Of a DNA stretch of 8,278 bases, positions 1 through 7,246 are shown in pieces. The notes beneath the pieces are model-generated. The model was not told the DNA's origin and did not search any database. It was given only the letters and a program-made list of their open reading frames with translations. Made by a program: the position numbers and the translations under genes. Numbering within the stretch: position 1 is the first letter of the stretch; every line of letters starts with the position of its first letter. The stretch spans positions 1 to 8,278 of the IMG/VR virus record IMGVR_UViG_2778261641_000012, one strand, 5' to 3'. The stretch is from a virus. Its lineage: Duplodnaviria > Heunggongvirae > Uroviricota > Caudoviricetes.

Positions 1-258
1 ATGCAAACCGTTATTTTTGGTCGTCCGGGTTGCCCTTACTGTGTGCGTGCAAAAGATCTGGCTGAGAAATTGAGCAATGAACGCGATGATTTTCAGTATC
101 AGTATGTAGATATTCGTGCGGAAGGGATCACTAAAGAAGATCTACAACAAAAGGCAGGTAAACCCGTAGAAACCGTGCCGCAGATTTTTGTCGATCAGCA
201 ACATATCGGCGGCTATACCGATTTTGCTGCATGGGTGAAAGAAAATCTGGACGCCTGA
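1..258 (+). CDS. grxA: Glutaredoxin 1 (85 aa), complete
   Basis: The 85-aa ORF contains the CPYC active-site motif (GRPGCPYCVRAKDL) and matches E. coli Grx1 almost residue for residue as I recall it. It is followed by a hairpin plus T-run, and has the expected neighbour ybjM convergent downstream. Confidence 0.95.
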   Translation: MQTVIFGRPGCPYCVRAKDLAEKLSNERDDFQYQYVDIRAEGITKEDLQQKAGKPVETVPQIFVDQQHIGGYTDFAAWVKENLDA

Positions 259-267
259 TCGTCTGAC

Positions 268-300
268 AAGCCCTCGCGTTGAGGGCTTTACTGATTTTTT
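268..300 (+). terminator. Probable rho-independent terminator of grxA
   Basis: An 8-bp stem AAGCCCTC (268-275) pairs with GAGGGCTT (281-288) around a 5-nt loop, followed by TTTTTT at 295-300. The stem overlaps the last codons of convergent ybjM; the T-run is only on the plus strand, so it is unidirectional for grxA. Confidence 0.5.
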
Positions 301-665
301 CTGTGCTGTGGTTTAAACAAACTACTGATAAATAAGAAACACAGTGCCCCCAGCGCACACCAGAACACCGCGCTTAGTAACCATGCCAGCTCTTGCCAGA
401 ATGAGCGCGTCGGTGAAAAAAACAGCCGCATAATGAGCATCGAACAGGGTGCCGCCAGCATTGCGCCAAACAGAGGTTTCAGGACTTCTCTACGCTGTGA
501 AAAGAAGCTGGCGACTGCTCCAGGAAGAATGAAAAATAGCAAGCCGATTTCAGGATGCCCGGCAGCCCGAAAAGCGCCTTTCATGTGCGTCGCCAGAAAA
601 AGGCACACCACAATGAAGAGGACAAAACAGCAGATTGCCCCCGCCCAACGTTGTTTATGTTTCAC
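288..665 (-). CDS. ybjM: Small inner-membrane protein YbjM (125 aa)
   Basis: The 125-aa ORF is very hydrophobic, with about four predicted transmembrane segments. Its length and its position between grxA and ybjL match the E. coli ybjM locus. Function is unknown. Confidence 0.85.
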   Translation of the reverse strand: MKHKQRWAGAICCFVLFIVVCLFLATHMKGAFRAAGHPEIGLLFFILPGAVASFFSQRREVLKPLFGAMLAAPCSMLIMRLFFSPTRSFWQELAWLLSAVFWCALGALCFLFISSLFKPQHRKNQ

Positions 666-934
666 TCGTTCCTCCTGACACTGCGTCTATCGAACACATT
701 TTTCGCCAGTGTGGCGTTCAGTAAGATAAAGCCGCTTCGCATTCCATGCTAATATAGGCCAACGCAATTCATATAGCCGTTGATACCTAATGTGATTACA
801 CTAGTAAAATATATTGTTACTTTACTATCGTTTAGGTGCGCTGAATGAATCTGCGCCCTGAATTCTGGTAAAAAACATTATCGTAAATTACCATTTCTTT
901 CAACAGCTTACTAGTAAACAAGAAGTTAGCCTCC

Positions 935-2620
935 GTGAATATAAACGTCGCCGAATTGTTAAATGGGAATTACATTCTGTTATTATTTGTGGTCCTCGCG
1001 CTTGGGCTATGTCTCGGAAAGTTACGACTTGGTTCGATCCAACTGGGTAATTCCATTGGCGTTTTAGTCGTATCGCTGTTATTAGGCCAACAACATTTCA
1101 GCATTAACACCGATGCGCTTAATCTTGGCTTTATGCTGTTTATTTTCTGCGTCGGGGTCGAAGCCGGACCGAACTTTTTTTCCATTTTTTTTCGCGATGG
1201 GAAAAATTACCTAATGTTAGCACTGGTGATGGTTGGCAGTGCGCTGGTGATCGCCTTAGGGTTAGGTAAGCTGTTTGGCTGGGATATTGGCCTGACGGCC
1301 GGTATGTTAGCAGGCTCTATGACGTCGACACCGGTTCTGGTCGGTGCTGGCGATACACTGCGTCATTCCGGCATGGAAAGCAGGCAGCTCTCACTGGCAC
1401 TGGATAATCTGAGCCTCGGGTATGCCTTAACCTATTTAATCGGTCTGGTGAGTTTGATTGTTGGTGCGCGTTACTTGCCGAAATTGCAGCATCAGGACTT
1501 ACAGACCAGCGCCCAGCAAATCGCCCGCGAACGTGGCCTGGACACTGATGCCAACCGTAAGGTTTATTTACCGGTGATCCGCGCCTATCGCGTCGGCCCG
1601 GAGCTGGTGGCCTGGACCGACGGCAAAAATCTGCGTGAACTGGGTATTTATCGACAAACCGGCTGCTACATTGAACGTATTCGACGTAACGGGATTCTGG
1701 CAAATCCAGACGGTGATGCCGTGCTACAAATGGGCGATGAAATAGCGTTGGTAGGCTATCCCGACGCCCATGCCCGACTCGATCCCAGCTTCCGTAACGG
1801 TAAAGAAGTTTTCGATCGTGACCTTCTCGACATGCGTATCGTCACTGAAGAAGTGGTCGTTAAAAACCATAACGCTGTAGGTAAACGTCTCGCACAACTG
1901 AAGTTGACCGATCACGGTTGCTTCCTTAACCGCGTCATTCGTAGCCAGATTGAGATGCCGATAGATGACAACGTCGTGCTTAACAAAGGTGACGTTTTAC
2001 AAGTCAGCGGTGATGCCCGTCGCGTAAAAACCATCGCCGATCGCATCGGCTTTATCTCGATTCACAGCCAGGTCACTGACCTGCTGGCATTTTGCGCCTT
2101 CTTTGTTATTGGGCTGATGATCGGGATGATCACCTTCCAGTTCAGCACATTCAGTTTCGGCATGGGGAACGCTGCCGGGTTGTTATTCGCCGGAATTATG
2201 CTGGGCTTTATGCGTGCTAACCACCCGACCTTCGGTTACATTCCGCAAGGTGCATTAAGCATGGTGAAAGAGTTCGGCTTGATGGTGTTTATGGCAGGCG
2301 TTGGTCTGAGCGCCGGTAGCGGTATTAATAACGGCCTGGGCGCGATTGGCGGTCAGATGTTGATTGCCGGATTAATTGTCAGTCTTGTGCCCGTGGTTAT
2401 CTGTTTCTTGTTCGGTGCTTATGTATTGCGAATGAACCGCGCACTGTTGTTCGGCGCAATGATGGGCGCACGCACCTGCGCGCCGGCAATGGAGATCATC
2501 AGTGATACAGCTCGCAGTAACATCCCTGCGCTGGGCTACGCGGGCACCTACGCAATCGCCAACGTCCTGCTGACGCTGGCAGGGACAATCATCGTCATGG
2601 TATGGCCAGGATTAGGATAA
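935..2620 (+). CDS. ybjL: Putative transport protein YbjL (AAE-family transporter with two central TrkA-C/RCK_C-like domains), 561 aa
   Basis: The 561-aa ORF starts at GTG 935 with N-terminus [29 protein letters not shown], which matches E. coli YbjL as I recall it. It has duplicated membrane domains flanking a soluble central region, typical of the YbjL/YidE/AspT family. Confidence 0.93.
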
Positions 2621-2732
2621 AACTGAAGTTGCCCTGAAAATGAAATTTTTTTGCACAACCGCAGAACTTTTCCGCAGGGCATCAGTCTTAATTAGTGCCA
2701 CTGCTTTTCTTTGATGTCCCCATTTTGTGGAG

Positions 2733-2778
2733 CCCATCAACCCCGCCATTTCGGTTCAAGGTTGATGGGTTTTTTGTT
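2733..2778 (+). terminator. Candidate terminator downstream of ybjL (or structured element at the prophage/host junction)
   Basis: A perfect 10-bp inverted repeat CCCATCAACC (2733-2742) / GGTTGATGGG (2760-2769) around a 17-nt loop is followed by TTTTTTGTT (2770-2778). The U-tract is on the plus strand only. Confidence 0.45.
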
Positions 2779-2855
2779 GCCTGAAATTTATGCTTTTTAA
2801 AATCATGATGTTAGACGCACTGTTTTTTAATGATGGCGACAAATTGGCGGCAGAG

Positions 2856-3074
2856 TCAAAGAGAGAGCGCCCCCTGTCCTGATTTCATTGGATGCGGCTG
2901 AACCGGATTTGACTCTTTTGGCGTTGCAATCGAACGAACAAAAGTTTCATGGGTTACAAAAGTATGGCTGCAGTTAATATTCTGGCACTGGTTGTAACGC
3001 TCTTTGGTCAATGAAGATACCTGAAAACTGCTGCGAGTATGGGCGGCACTTCCACACAGTGGGCAAATCATCAT
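2856..3074 (-). CDS. ogr: Ogr/Delta-family zinc-finger late-gene transcription activator (about 72 aa from the ATG at 3074; the ORF track extends to 3107)
   Basis: It has the Cys4 pattern CPLC...N17...CQNINC and aligns with P2 Ogr as I recall it (MFHCPLCQHAAHARTS...KERYHQCQNVNCSATF). The ATG doublet at 3074/3071 is preceded by GGGGAG 9-11 nt upstream. The track start at 3107 has no SD and would lie upstream of the predicted promoter -10. Confidence 0.85.
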   Translation of the reverse strand: MMICPLCGSAAHTRSSFQVSSLTKERYNQCQNINCSHTFVTHETFVRSIATPKESNPVQPHPMKSGQGALSL

Positions 3075-3111
3075 TTTTCGAGTTCTCCCCATTTTTGCTA
3101 AATTCACAATA

Positions 3112-3139
3112 ATGATACCGCATTATTCCATTTTGCAAA
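3112..3139 (-). promoter_or_regulatory. Candidate sigma70 promoter for ogr
   Basis: On the minus strand, -35 TTTGCA (3139-3134), a 16-nt spacer, and -10 TATCAT (3117-3112). This puts the transcription start about 30 nt upstream of the 3074 ATG. Sequence-only prediction. Confidence 0.35.
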
Positions 3140-3164
3140 CTTAAAAGTTCTCCATTGCGAAGAA

Positions 3165-4265
3165 TCATTCCATTTCGAAATCATCAATCCTCACTTCAAG
3201 CTCCAGACTGGTCGTAAAACCATTATCCGGGCTGACGGTATGTGTCAGAGTCGTAATGGTCCATTCCGCATCATCTATCGGCTGTTTAAAACCACTGACC
3301 TTCACAGGCATTTCCGTGTAGAGATCTGCCCGCCCTTCTGCCAGTTGTAGAGAAAATGACGCAACGCCGCGTTGCAGGCGTTCCCACTGCATTTTCGCCG
3401 CTCGTTCGGCGTTGCTCCGGTTGGCATAAGTGCGATTAAGTACCAGCACGTTTTCATCCGTACCCACCAGGTAATCGCCCTGCTTCGCTTCTGGCTCTTT
3501 CTTCTGCTTCTTAGTTCTGCGCTTACGCTTCACCGTGGTGCTTTCTTTCTTCGCAGGTTCGCGGGTATGCAACCAGCTGGCAATTACGCCCGTGTAGGCT
3601 CCGCGATCTGCCAGGGTAAAGCGGTGACTGTCGCCGTCCTTACGTGTGATAGTGATCACCGGCAGTGGTTTACCGCTAGCACTTTTACCCTGTCCCTGCC
3701 GGATGAATAACAGATTGCCATTTTTCACCGACGCAATAGCACCGTACTGGCGCGCCAGCCGCATCAGAAAACTGCCGTCACTCTCATTAGTCTGGTCTAT
3801 ATGCTCCACAGGCTTATCCGACAGGTCTTTACCCAGTGCCATCTTCAGCTTGTGACGTACGGCTATTTCCTTCACTACTTCCCCGACGGTGGTCTTGTGC
3901 CACGACTTTTCACGGCGGGTATTCAGCGTTTCACGAAAATCAGCACTTCGCGCCCGAATAGTCAGGCGGTCCGGTGCGCCAGTGTGTTCAATCTCGTCCA
4001 CCGTGAATGCCCCTTTCGGGAAAAGCGGCTGCCCCTTCCAGCCCAGCGCCAGCGTAATGACCGCACCACGGCGCGGCAGCACGATTTTTCCGTCGGCGTC
4101 GTCCAGCTCCAGATCAAGCTGGTCCGCTTCAAAGCCCCGATTGTCCGTCAGCGTCAGACTCATCAGACGGTTATCCAGCACAGTGGTGATATCCCTGCCC
4201 TCAATACTGATACTGAATGCCGGAGTTTTGTTGCCTTTGTTAAGCAGTTCAGAGCTGAAATTCAT
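3165..4265 (-). CDS. D: Phage late control gene D family tail protein (P2 gpD-like), 366 aa
   Basis: Its length and position (immediately upstream of ogr and downstream of U) match P2 D. The protein has the lysine-rich internal stretch typical of gpD proteins. Its start overlaps the U stop in an ATGA junction at 4262-4265. Confidence 0.88.
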   Translation of the reverse strand: MNFSSELLNKGNKTPAFSISIEGRDITTVLDNRLMSLTLTDNRGFEADQLDLELDDADGKIVLPRRGAVITLALGWKGQPLFPKGAFTVDEIEHTGAPDRLTIRARSADFRETLNTRREKSWHKTTVGEVVKEIAVRHKLKMALGKDLSDKPVEHIDQTNESDGSFLMRLARQYGAIASVKNGNLLFIRQGQGKSASGKPLPVITITRKDGDSHRFTLADRGAYTGVIASWLHTREPAKKESTTVKRKRRTKKQKKEPEAKQGDYLVGTDENVLVLNRTYANRSNAERAAKMQWERLQRGVASFSLQLAEGRADLYTEMPVKVSGFKQPIDDAEWTITTLTHTVSPDNGFTTSLELEVRIDDFEME

Positions 4266-4747
4266 GACAGCAGCCCTCCCACCGTTTTACTGATATCGCT
4301 TAAGGCAGATGTTGCCATGTCCTGCAGATTATTCAGCTGCGCACTGAGATCACCAAACATATCGGACAGGGATTCATCCACCCGTTTGAGCGACAGGGTG
4401 AACTCAATCCGGCGCGGCATACCGTCGCGGAAAAACTCCGTTTTGGTCTGATTCAGTCCCTCAATCACATACATGCCGTAAATCGTGCCGCTGCCTTCAA
4501 TCAGGGGCCATGCTTTCCCCTGCTCTGCCATCTGCTCCAGTGCCAGCAATGACAGCCTGCCGCCTGTTATCTCCGGCATAAGAACACCAGAAAGCGTCAG
4601 CATGTCGTTGTCCGGTCCCAGAAACTGCGTGGATGGACGACGATTTACCCGACTGTTAGCCGCATGTCGCCAGCTGCGCTGATACTGCAGTTCCTGATAC
4701 GGCACGGTGCGCAGCATAAACACGTACAATCCCAGCACCATCATCAT
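4262..4747 (-). CDS. U: Phage tail protein U (P2 gpU-like), 161 aa
   Basis: Size (P2 gpU is about 160 aa as I recall) and position between T and D fit. It is translationally coupled at both ends by ATGA overlaps (4744-4747 and 4262-4265). Confidence 0.85.
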   Translation of the reverse strand: MMMVLGLYVFMLRTVPYQELQYQRSWRHAANSRVNRRPSTQFLGPDNDMLTLSGVLMPEITGGRLSLLALEQMAEQGKAWPLIEGSGTIYGMYVIEGLNQTKTEFFRDGMPRRIEFTLSLKRVDESLSDMFGDLSAQLNNLQDMATSALSDISKTVGGLLS

Positions 4748-5868
4748 GCGTCGTATCCCCCCTGATCGCTGTAGTTACTCCTGGCTTTTGCCTTCAGCCT
4801 GCGTTCACGTTCATCAAGCTGGCGGGCCACCTCCCGCGCAATATCCTGCGCACTTTGTCCTGGCTGCGTCTGAATGATGATCTGCGTCGGTGCCTCAATC
4901 CGTTGAACGGGCGGCACAGTGGCTGCACGACTCACCATCGCTTCGCCGCCTTTCGCGGGAAGTGCCAAAGGATGTAACGGTGGAAGCTCTGTAGGCGCGG
5001 CAGCAACGCCCATCATTTCGGCAACAACCGCAGCCAGTGCAGCGGTATTTCTCCGGCTGGTCACGTTTGCCGGGCCGTTGACAATTTCCGGCCCGTTTTC
5101 ACCGACGATGCCAAACTGCCCGCGCGGGATATAGCCGCCGCTGTCATACATCCCCGCAAAGCCATATCCCCATGACGGAAAACCACCCGATGGCATCATC
5201 ACTTTACCGTCTGCATTCACCGTCGCAGGTTGCTGACGCGTCACGCTTTCCGGCAGTTTCGCCTTTGCGGCCTCTTTACTGACAATGCCGAGCTTCTCCA
5301 GCAACCAGGAAACGCCGGATTTCAGTGAGTCCAGCGGATGCATGACCATATTCAGCCCTTCCGCCAGTGCCTCCCCGAATCGCCGCCCCATTGCCGCTGC
5401 ACTCTGCAGTTCGGCAGAGGTCGACTTAACGGGCGTCAGCAGATCAGTAAACCAGCCCCACAGCGCCTGCACTTTGTCGCCAATCCACTGAAACACAGGC
5501 TTAAGTGGTTCGAATGCAGCACTGATGGGACCTGCCGCCGCTTTGAATCCTTCCACCACGCCACCGAGAAATGCGGTGATGGGTTGCCAGTATTTCCAGA
5601 CAACCAGCGCCACGCCCGCCAGTGCAGTAACCACAAGACCTATCGGACTGAGCAGAGCACCTACCAGCGTTGAATCTTCAGTCAGATCGGTAAGCAGCCA
5701 GATTTCTGGTGCGGTTAATAAATGAGGTTGAGCTGGGTTCAGCTTGTTCCGCAGAATCTGCACATTCATGCCTGCACGTTCTGCCAGTTGCACCAGGTTG
5801 TGGCGCAGTGCGAATGCACGACAGGCTTCATCAAAATGTGGATGTTTGGAAACTTGGTAATCAAACAT
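4744..5868 (-). CDS. Chimeric ORF (374 aa from ATG 5868): N-terminal ~70 aa like the HTH domain of a CII-type early regulator (186 CII / Phage_CP76 type), fused in frame to a C-terminal tail tape-measure (gpT-like) fragment. Probable deletion-fusion product.
   Basis: The N-terminus [49 protein letters not shown]...LTEDSTLV matches the CII-like regulator N-terminus as I recall it. The rest is Ala/Gly-rich with a hydrophobic segment, typical of tape-measure proteins, and ends in an ATGA overlap with U exactly as T does in P2. At 374 aa it is far shorter than a full tape measure (about 800 aa in P2 as I recall). The ATG at 5868 has GGAG 9 nt upstream; the track start at 5877 is a TTG inside the SD spacer. 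Confidence 0.65.
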   Translation of the reverse strand: MFDYQVSKHPHFDEACRAFALRHNLVQLAERAGMNVQILRNKLNPAQPHLLTAPEIWLLTDLTEDSTLVGALLSPIGLVVTALAGVALVVWKYWQPITAFLGGVVEGFKAAAGPISAAFEPLKPVFQWIGDKVQALWGWFTDLLTPVKSTSAELQSAAAMGRRFGEALAEGLNMVMHPLDSLKSGVSWLLEKLGIVSKEAAKAKLPESVTRQQPATVNADGKVMMPSGGFPSWGYGFAGMYDSGGYIPRGQFGIVGENGPEIVNGPANVTSRRNTAALAAVVAEMMGVAAAPTELPPLHPLALPAKGGEAMVSRAATVPPVQRIEAPTQIIIQTQPGQSAQDIAREVARQLDERERRLKAKARSNYSDQGGYDA

Positions 5869-5932
5869 GGTTTTCAACTCCGAACTTATCGCAAAATCGA
5901 ACTCAGCGTCTTATTGTGAAAATAGACGTCTA

Positions 5933-6136
5933 TTAAGCAGACAAAGCATCAACAGTCAGAGCAGCCAGGTTAATCATTACCTTTTCACGTTTTTTGTCTT
6001 TACGAAGACGATGACGAGGTAGTCGGCCATCAGCCAACATGTCGTTAATCGTATCAATAGAAAGGCCAGTCAGTTCGCTATAACGTTCGATTGTGACATG
6101 TGGTGTATTCAGAGTAATTGAAATGTTAGGTGTCAT
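5933..6136 (-). CDS. Small HTH DNA-binding protein in the Apl/Cox position (67 aa); putative excisionase and lytic-operon regulator
   Basis: It is divergent from cI and is the first gene of the rightward early operon, directly upstream of the cII-like sequence, as apl is in 186. The motif [24 protein letters not shown] resembles an excisionase/AlpA-type HTH. AGGA lies 10 nt upstream of ATG 6136. The family assignment is positional and motif-based only. Confidence 0.5.
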   Translation of the reverse strand: MTPNISITLNTPHVTIERYSELTGLSIDTINDMLADGRLPRHRLRKDKKREKVMINLAALTVDALSA

Positions 6137-6225
6137 AAGGCAACATTCCTTCTAGATATGGCTTGTGGCGAGCCGTTGTTTGTCGTGATTAGTAGTGAAG
6201 GCTCCAAAAGAACACTTCTGGTTCA

Positions 6226-6254
6226 ACTTTAAGATCGCTTTTGGAATCTGTCAA
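6226..6254 (-). promoter_or_regulatory. Candidate early lytic promoter (pR-like) for the apl-like / cII' operon
   Basis: On the minus strand, a consensus -35 TTGACA (6254-6249), a 17-nt spacer, and -10 TAAAGT (6231-6226). It lies between the cI start and the apl-like start and is embedded in TTTTGGA repeat motifs. Confidence 0.4.
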
Positions 6255-6281
6255 CGAATTTTGGATTTCTTTGGAGGACTT

Positions 6282-6851
6282 GTGGATTTCAATAGCGGCG
6301 GTAAGAAAGCCATAGAACGTTTAGTTGAAGCATATGGGTTCGGTACCCGTCAGGCTCTCTGTGATCATTTAGGTGTTTCTAAGAGCACCATGGCAACGCG
6401 CTATATGCGTGATATTTTTCCAGCAGATTGGGTAATCCAGTGCGCCCTTGAAACGGGCACCTCGCTTAATTGGCTAACAACAGGGCATGGTTCAAAGCAA
6501 GCATCAGCAAATACAAATACTATAGAAGTAGAAAAATATTTATTGTCTGATGGAGCATTGCAGAAAGACGGTTTTTATATTTTTGATAAGGGATTTCTAC
6601 CCTCTACGTTTAAAAAACCTTTTGTCATCACAGATAACAATTCTGAATTTATTTGTGATAAAGAATTTGATGATATACGTGATGGTAAATGGGTAATAAG
6701 TATTGATGGCGAAATAACGATCCGTGACATTACTCGTTTACCCGGTGGAAGAATCTTCGTCGAGGGTGGAAACAGAGCCTTCGAATGCAAGATAGAAGAC
6801 ATTGAAATAATTGGTAAAATTATAAGTTTAACAGTCAAGTATGTTAAATAG
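6282..6851 (+). CDS. cI: 186-type CI immunity repressor (about 190 aa from GTG 6282; the ORF track extends to 6195)
   Basis: It aligns along its whole length with coliphage 186 CI as I recall it: LVEAYGF vs ICEAYGF, CALETGTSLNWLTTGHG vs CALETGANLQWLLTGEG, FDKGFLP vs FDTSFLP, and WVISIDGEITIRDITRLPGGRIFVEGGNRAFECKIEDIEIIGKII vs WLVDIEGAISIRELTKLPGRKLHVAGGKVPFECGIDDIKTLGRVV. GTG 6282 is preceded by GGAGGA (6273-6278), though the spacing is short. The longer ORF from 6195 would overlap the pR-like promoter. Confidence 0.8.
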   Translation: MDFNSGGKKAIERLVEAYGFGTRQALCDHLGVSKSTMATRYMRDIFPADWVIQCALETGTSLNWLTTGHGSKQASANTNTIEVEKYLLSDGALQKDGFYIFDKGFLPSTFKKPFVITDNNSEFICDKEFDDIRDGKWVISIDGEITIRDITRLPGGRIFVEGGNRAFECKIEDIEIIGKIISLTVKYVK

Positions 6852-6866
6852 TACCGGGAGGAAACT

Positions 6867-7058
6867 ATGCTTGGTAAGGTATTTTTTGTGGTTTTGTCAT
6901 GTTCTTTGTTATTAAACCCACTAACTACCTATGCTAGAAATTATCCCTGCTCAGGGAAAAAGGGAGGTGTTTCTCACTGTACCTCAGATGGCAAATTCGT
7001 TTGCAATGATGGAACTATTAGTAAATCCAAAAAAATCTGTACTAAAAACTCACGATAA
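6867..7058 (+). CDS. Hypothetical small exported cysteine-rich basic peptide (63-aa precursor; predicted mature peptide about 40 aa with 4 Cys)
   Basis: A strong RBS GGGAGGA lies 4-5 nt before ATG 6867, which is 16 nt after the cI stop. The N-terminus [23 protein letters not shown] looks like a signal peptide with a possible signal peptidase I site after TYA. The mature part [40 protein letters not shown] has 4 Cys and net charge about +7. The region is AT-rich. I do not recognise a family. Confidence 0.5.
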   Translation: MLGKVFFVVLSCSLLLNPLTTYARNYPCSGKKGGVSHCTSDGKFVCNDGTISKSKKICTKNSR

Positions 7059-7193
7059 CTTTTGCTTTTATATCTGCGTCTAAAATAAAAATGAGCCGCA
7101 TGTTAACCGCAAAAGTTACATGCTCACATAGCAAAAAGAATAGCCAACTTCATTATGGCTTCAGTGAGATGTATGGTCGTAGGATTTCATACA

Positions 7194-7222
7194 TTGACAC
7201 TGGTTATACATACAGTAAAAAT
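7194..7222 (+). promoter_or_regulatory. Candidate promoter upstream of int
   Basis: Consensus -35 TTGACA (7194-7199), a 16-nt spacer, and an A/T-rich -10 TAAAAA (7216-7221). GGAGGG (7233-7238) lies 8 nt before the int ATG at 7247. Sequence-only prediction. Confidence 0.35.
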
Positions 7223-7246
7223 GCTCTCTACTGGAGGGCATTTTTT

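Noticed and set aside
131-752. ORFs 131-358(-), 433-678(+) and 555-752(+) overlapping grxA and ybjM
   Set aside because: They are alternative-frame or antisense readings of the grxA and ybjM coding regions with no independent support.
666-934. 269-bp divergent ybjM/ybjL intergenic region as a possible small-RNA or regulatory locus
   Set aside because: It is AT-rich as expected for divergent promoters. I could not identify a convincing terminator-flanked small RNA or a strongly conserved operator motif from sequence alone.
970-1915. Minus-strand ORFs of 63-128 aa (970-1185, 1317-1703, 1724-1915) inside ybjL
   Set aside because: They lie entirely antisense within a well-supported conserved 561-aa gene, have no RBS I can see, and have Arg/Pro/Ser-rich compositions typical of out-of-frame translation of a coding region.
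2743-2780. Possible tRNA 3' half (GGTTCAAGG resembles a T-loop) at the prophage junction
   Set aside because: The flanking sequence does not form a T-stem or acceptor stem, there is no CCA-compatible end, and no upstream D-arm or anticodon arm is evident. It is better explained as the loop and 3' arm of the terminator-like hairpin.
2974-5936. Plus-strand ORFs of 65-216 aa within the ogr/D/U/T' block (for example 3372-3710, 3801-4451, 3889-4293, 4485-4682, 4919-5134, 5285-5725, 5709-5936) and minus-strand 2974-3168 and 5436-5636
   Set aside because: All are embedded antisense or out of frame in ORFs that have clear phage homology and ATGA translational coupling. Their biased composition is typical of shadow ORFs in GC-rich coding DNA.
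6195-6281. cI start at 6195 as given in the ORF track
   Set aside because: 6195 is a GTG with no Shine-Dalgarno, and the extra 29 codons have no counterpart in 186-type CI and would cover the divergent promoter and operator repeats. GTG 6282 with GGAGGA upstream fits the homology better. The start remains unverified experimentally.
6575-6838. 87-aa minus-strand ORF inside cI
   Set aside because: Antisense shadow ORF in the AT-rich 3' half of cI. It has no RBS and interrupts a gene with strong homology support.
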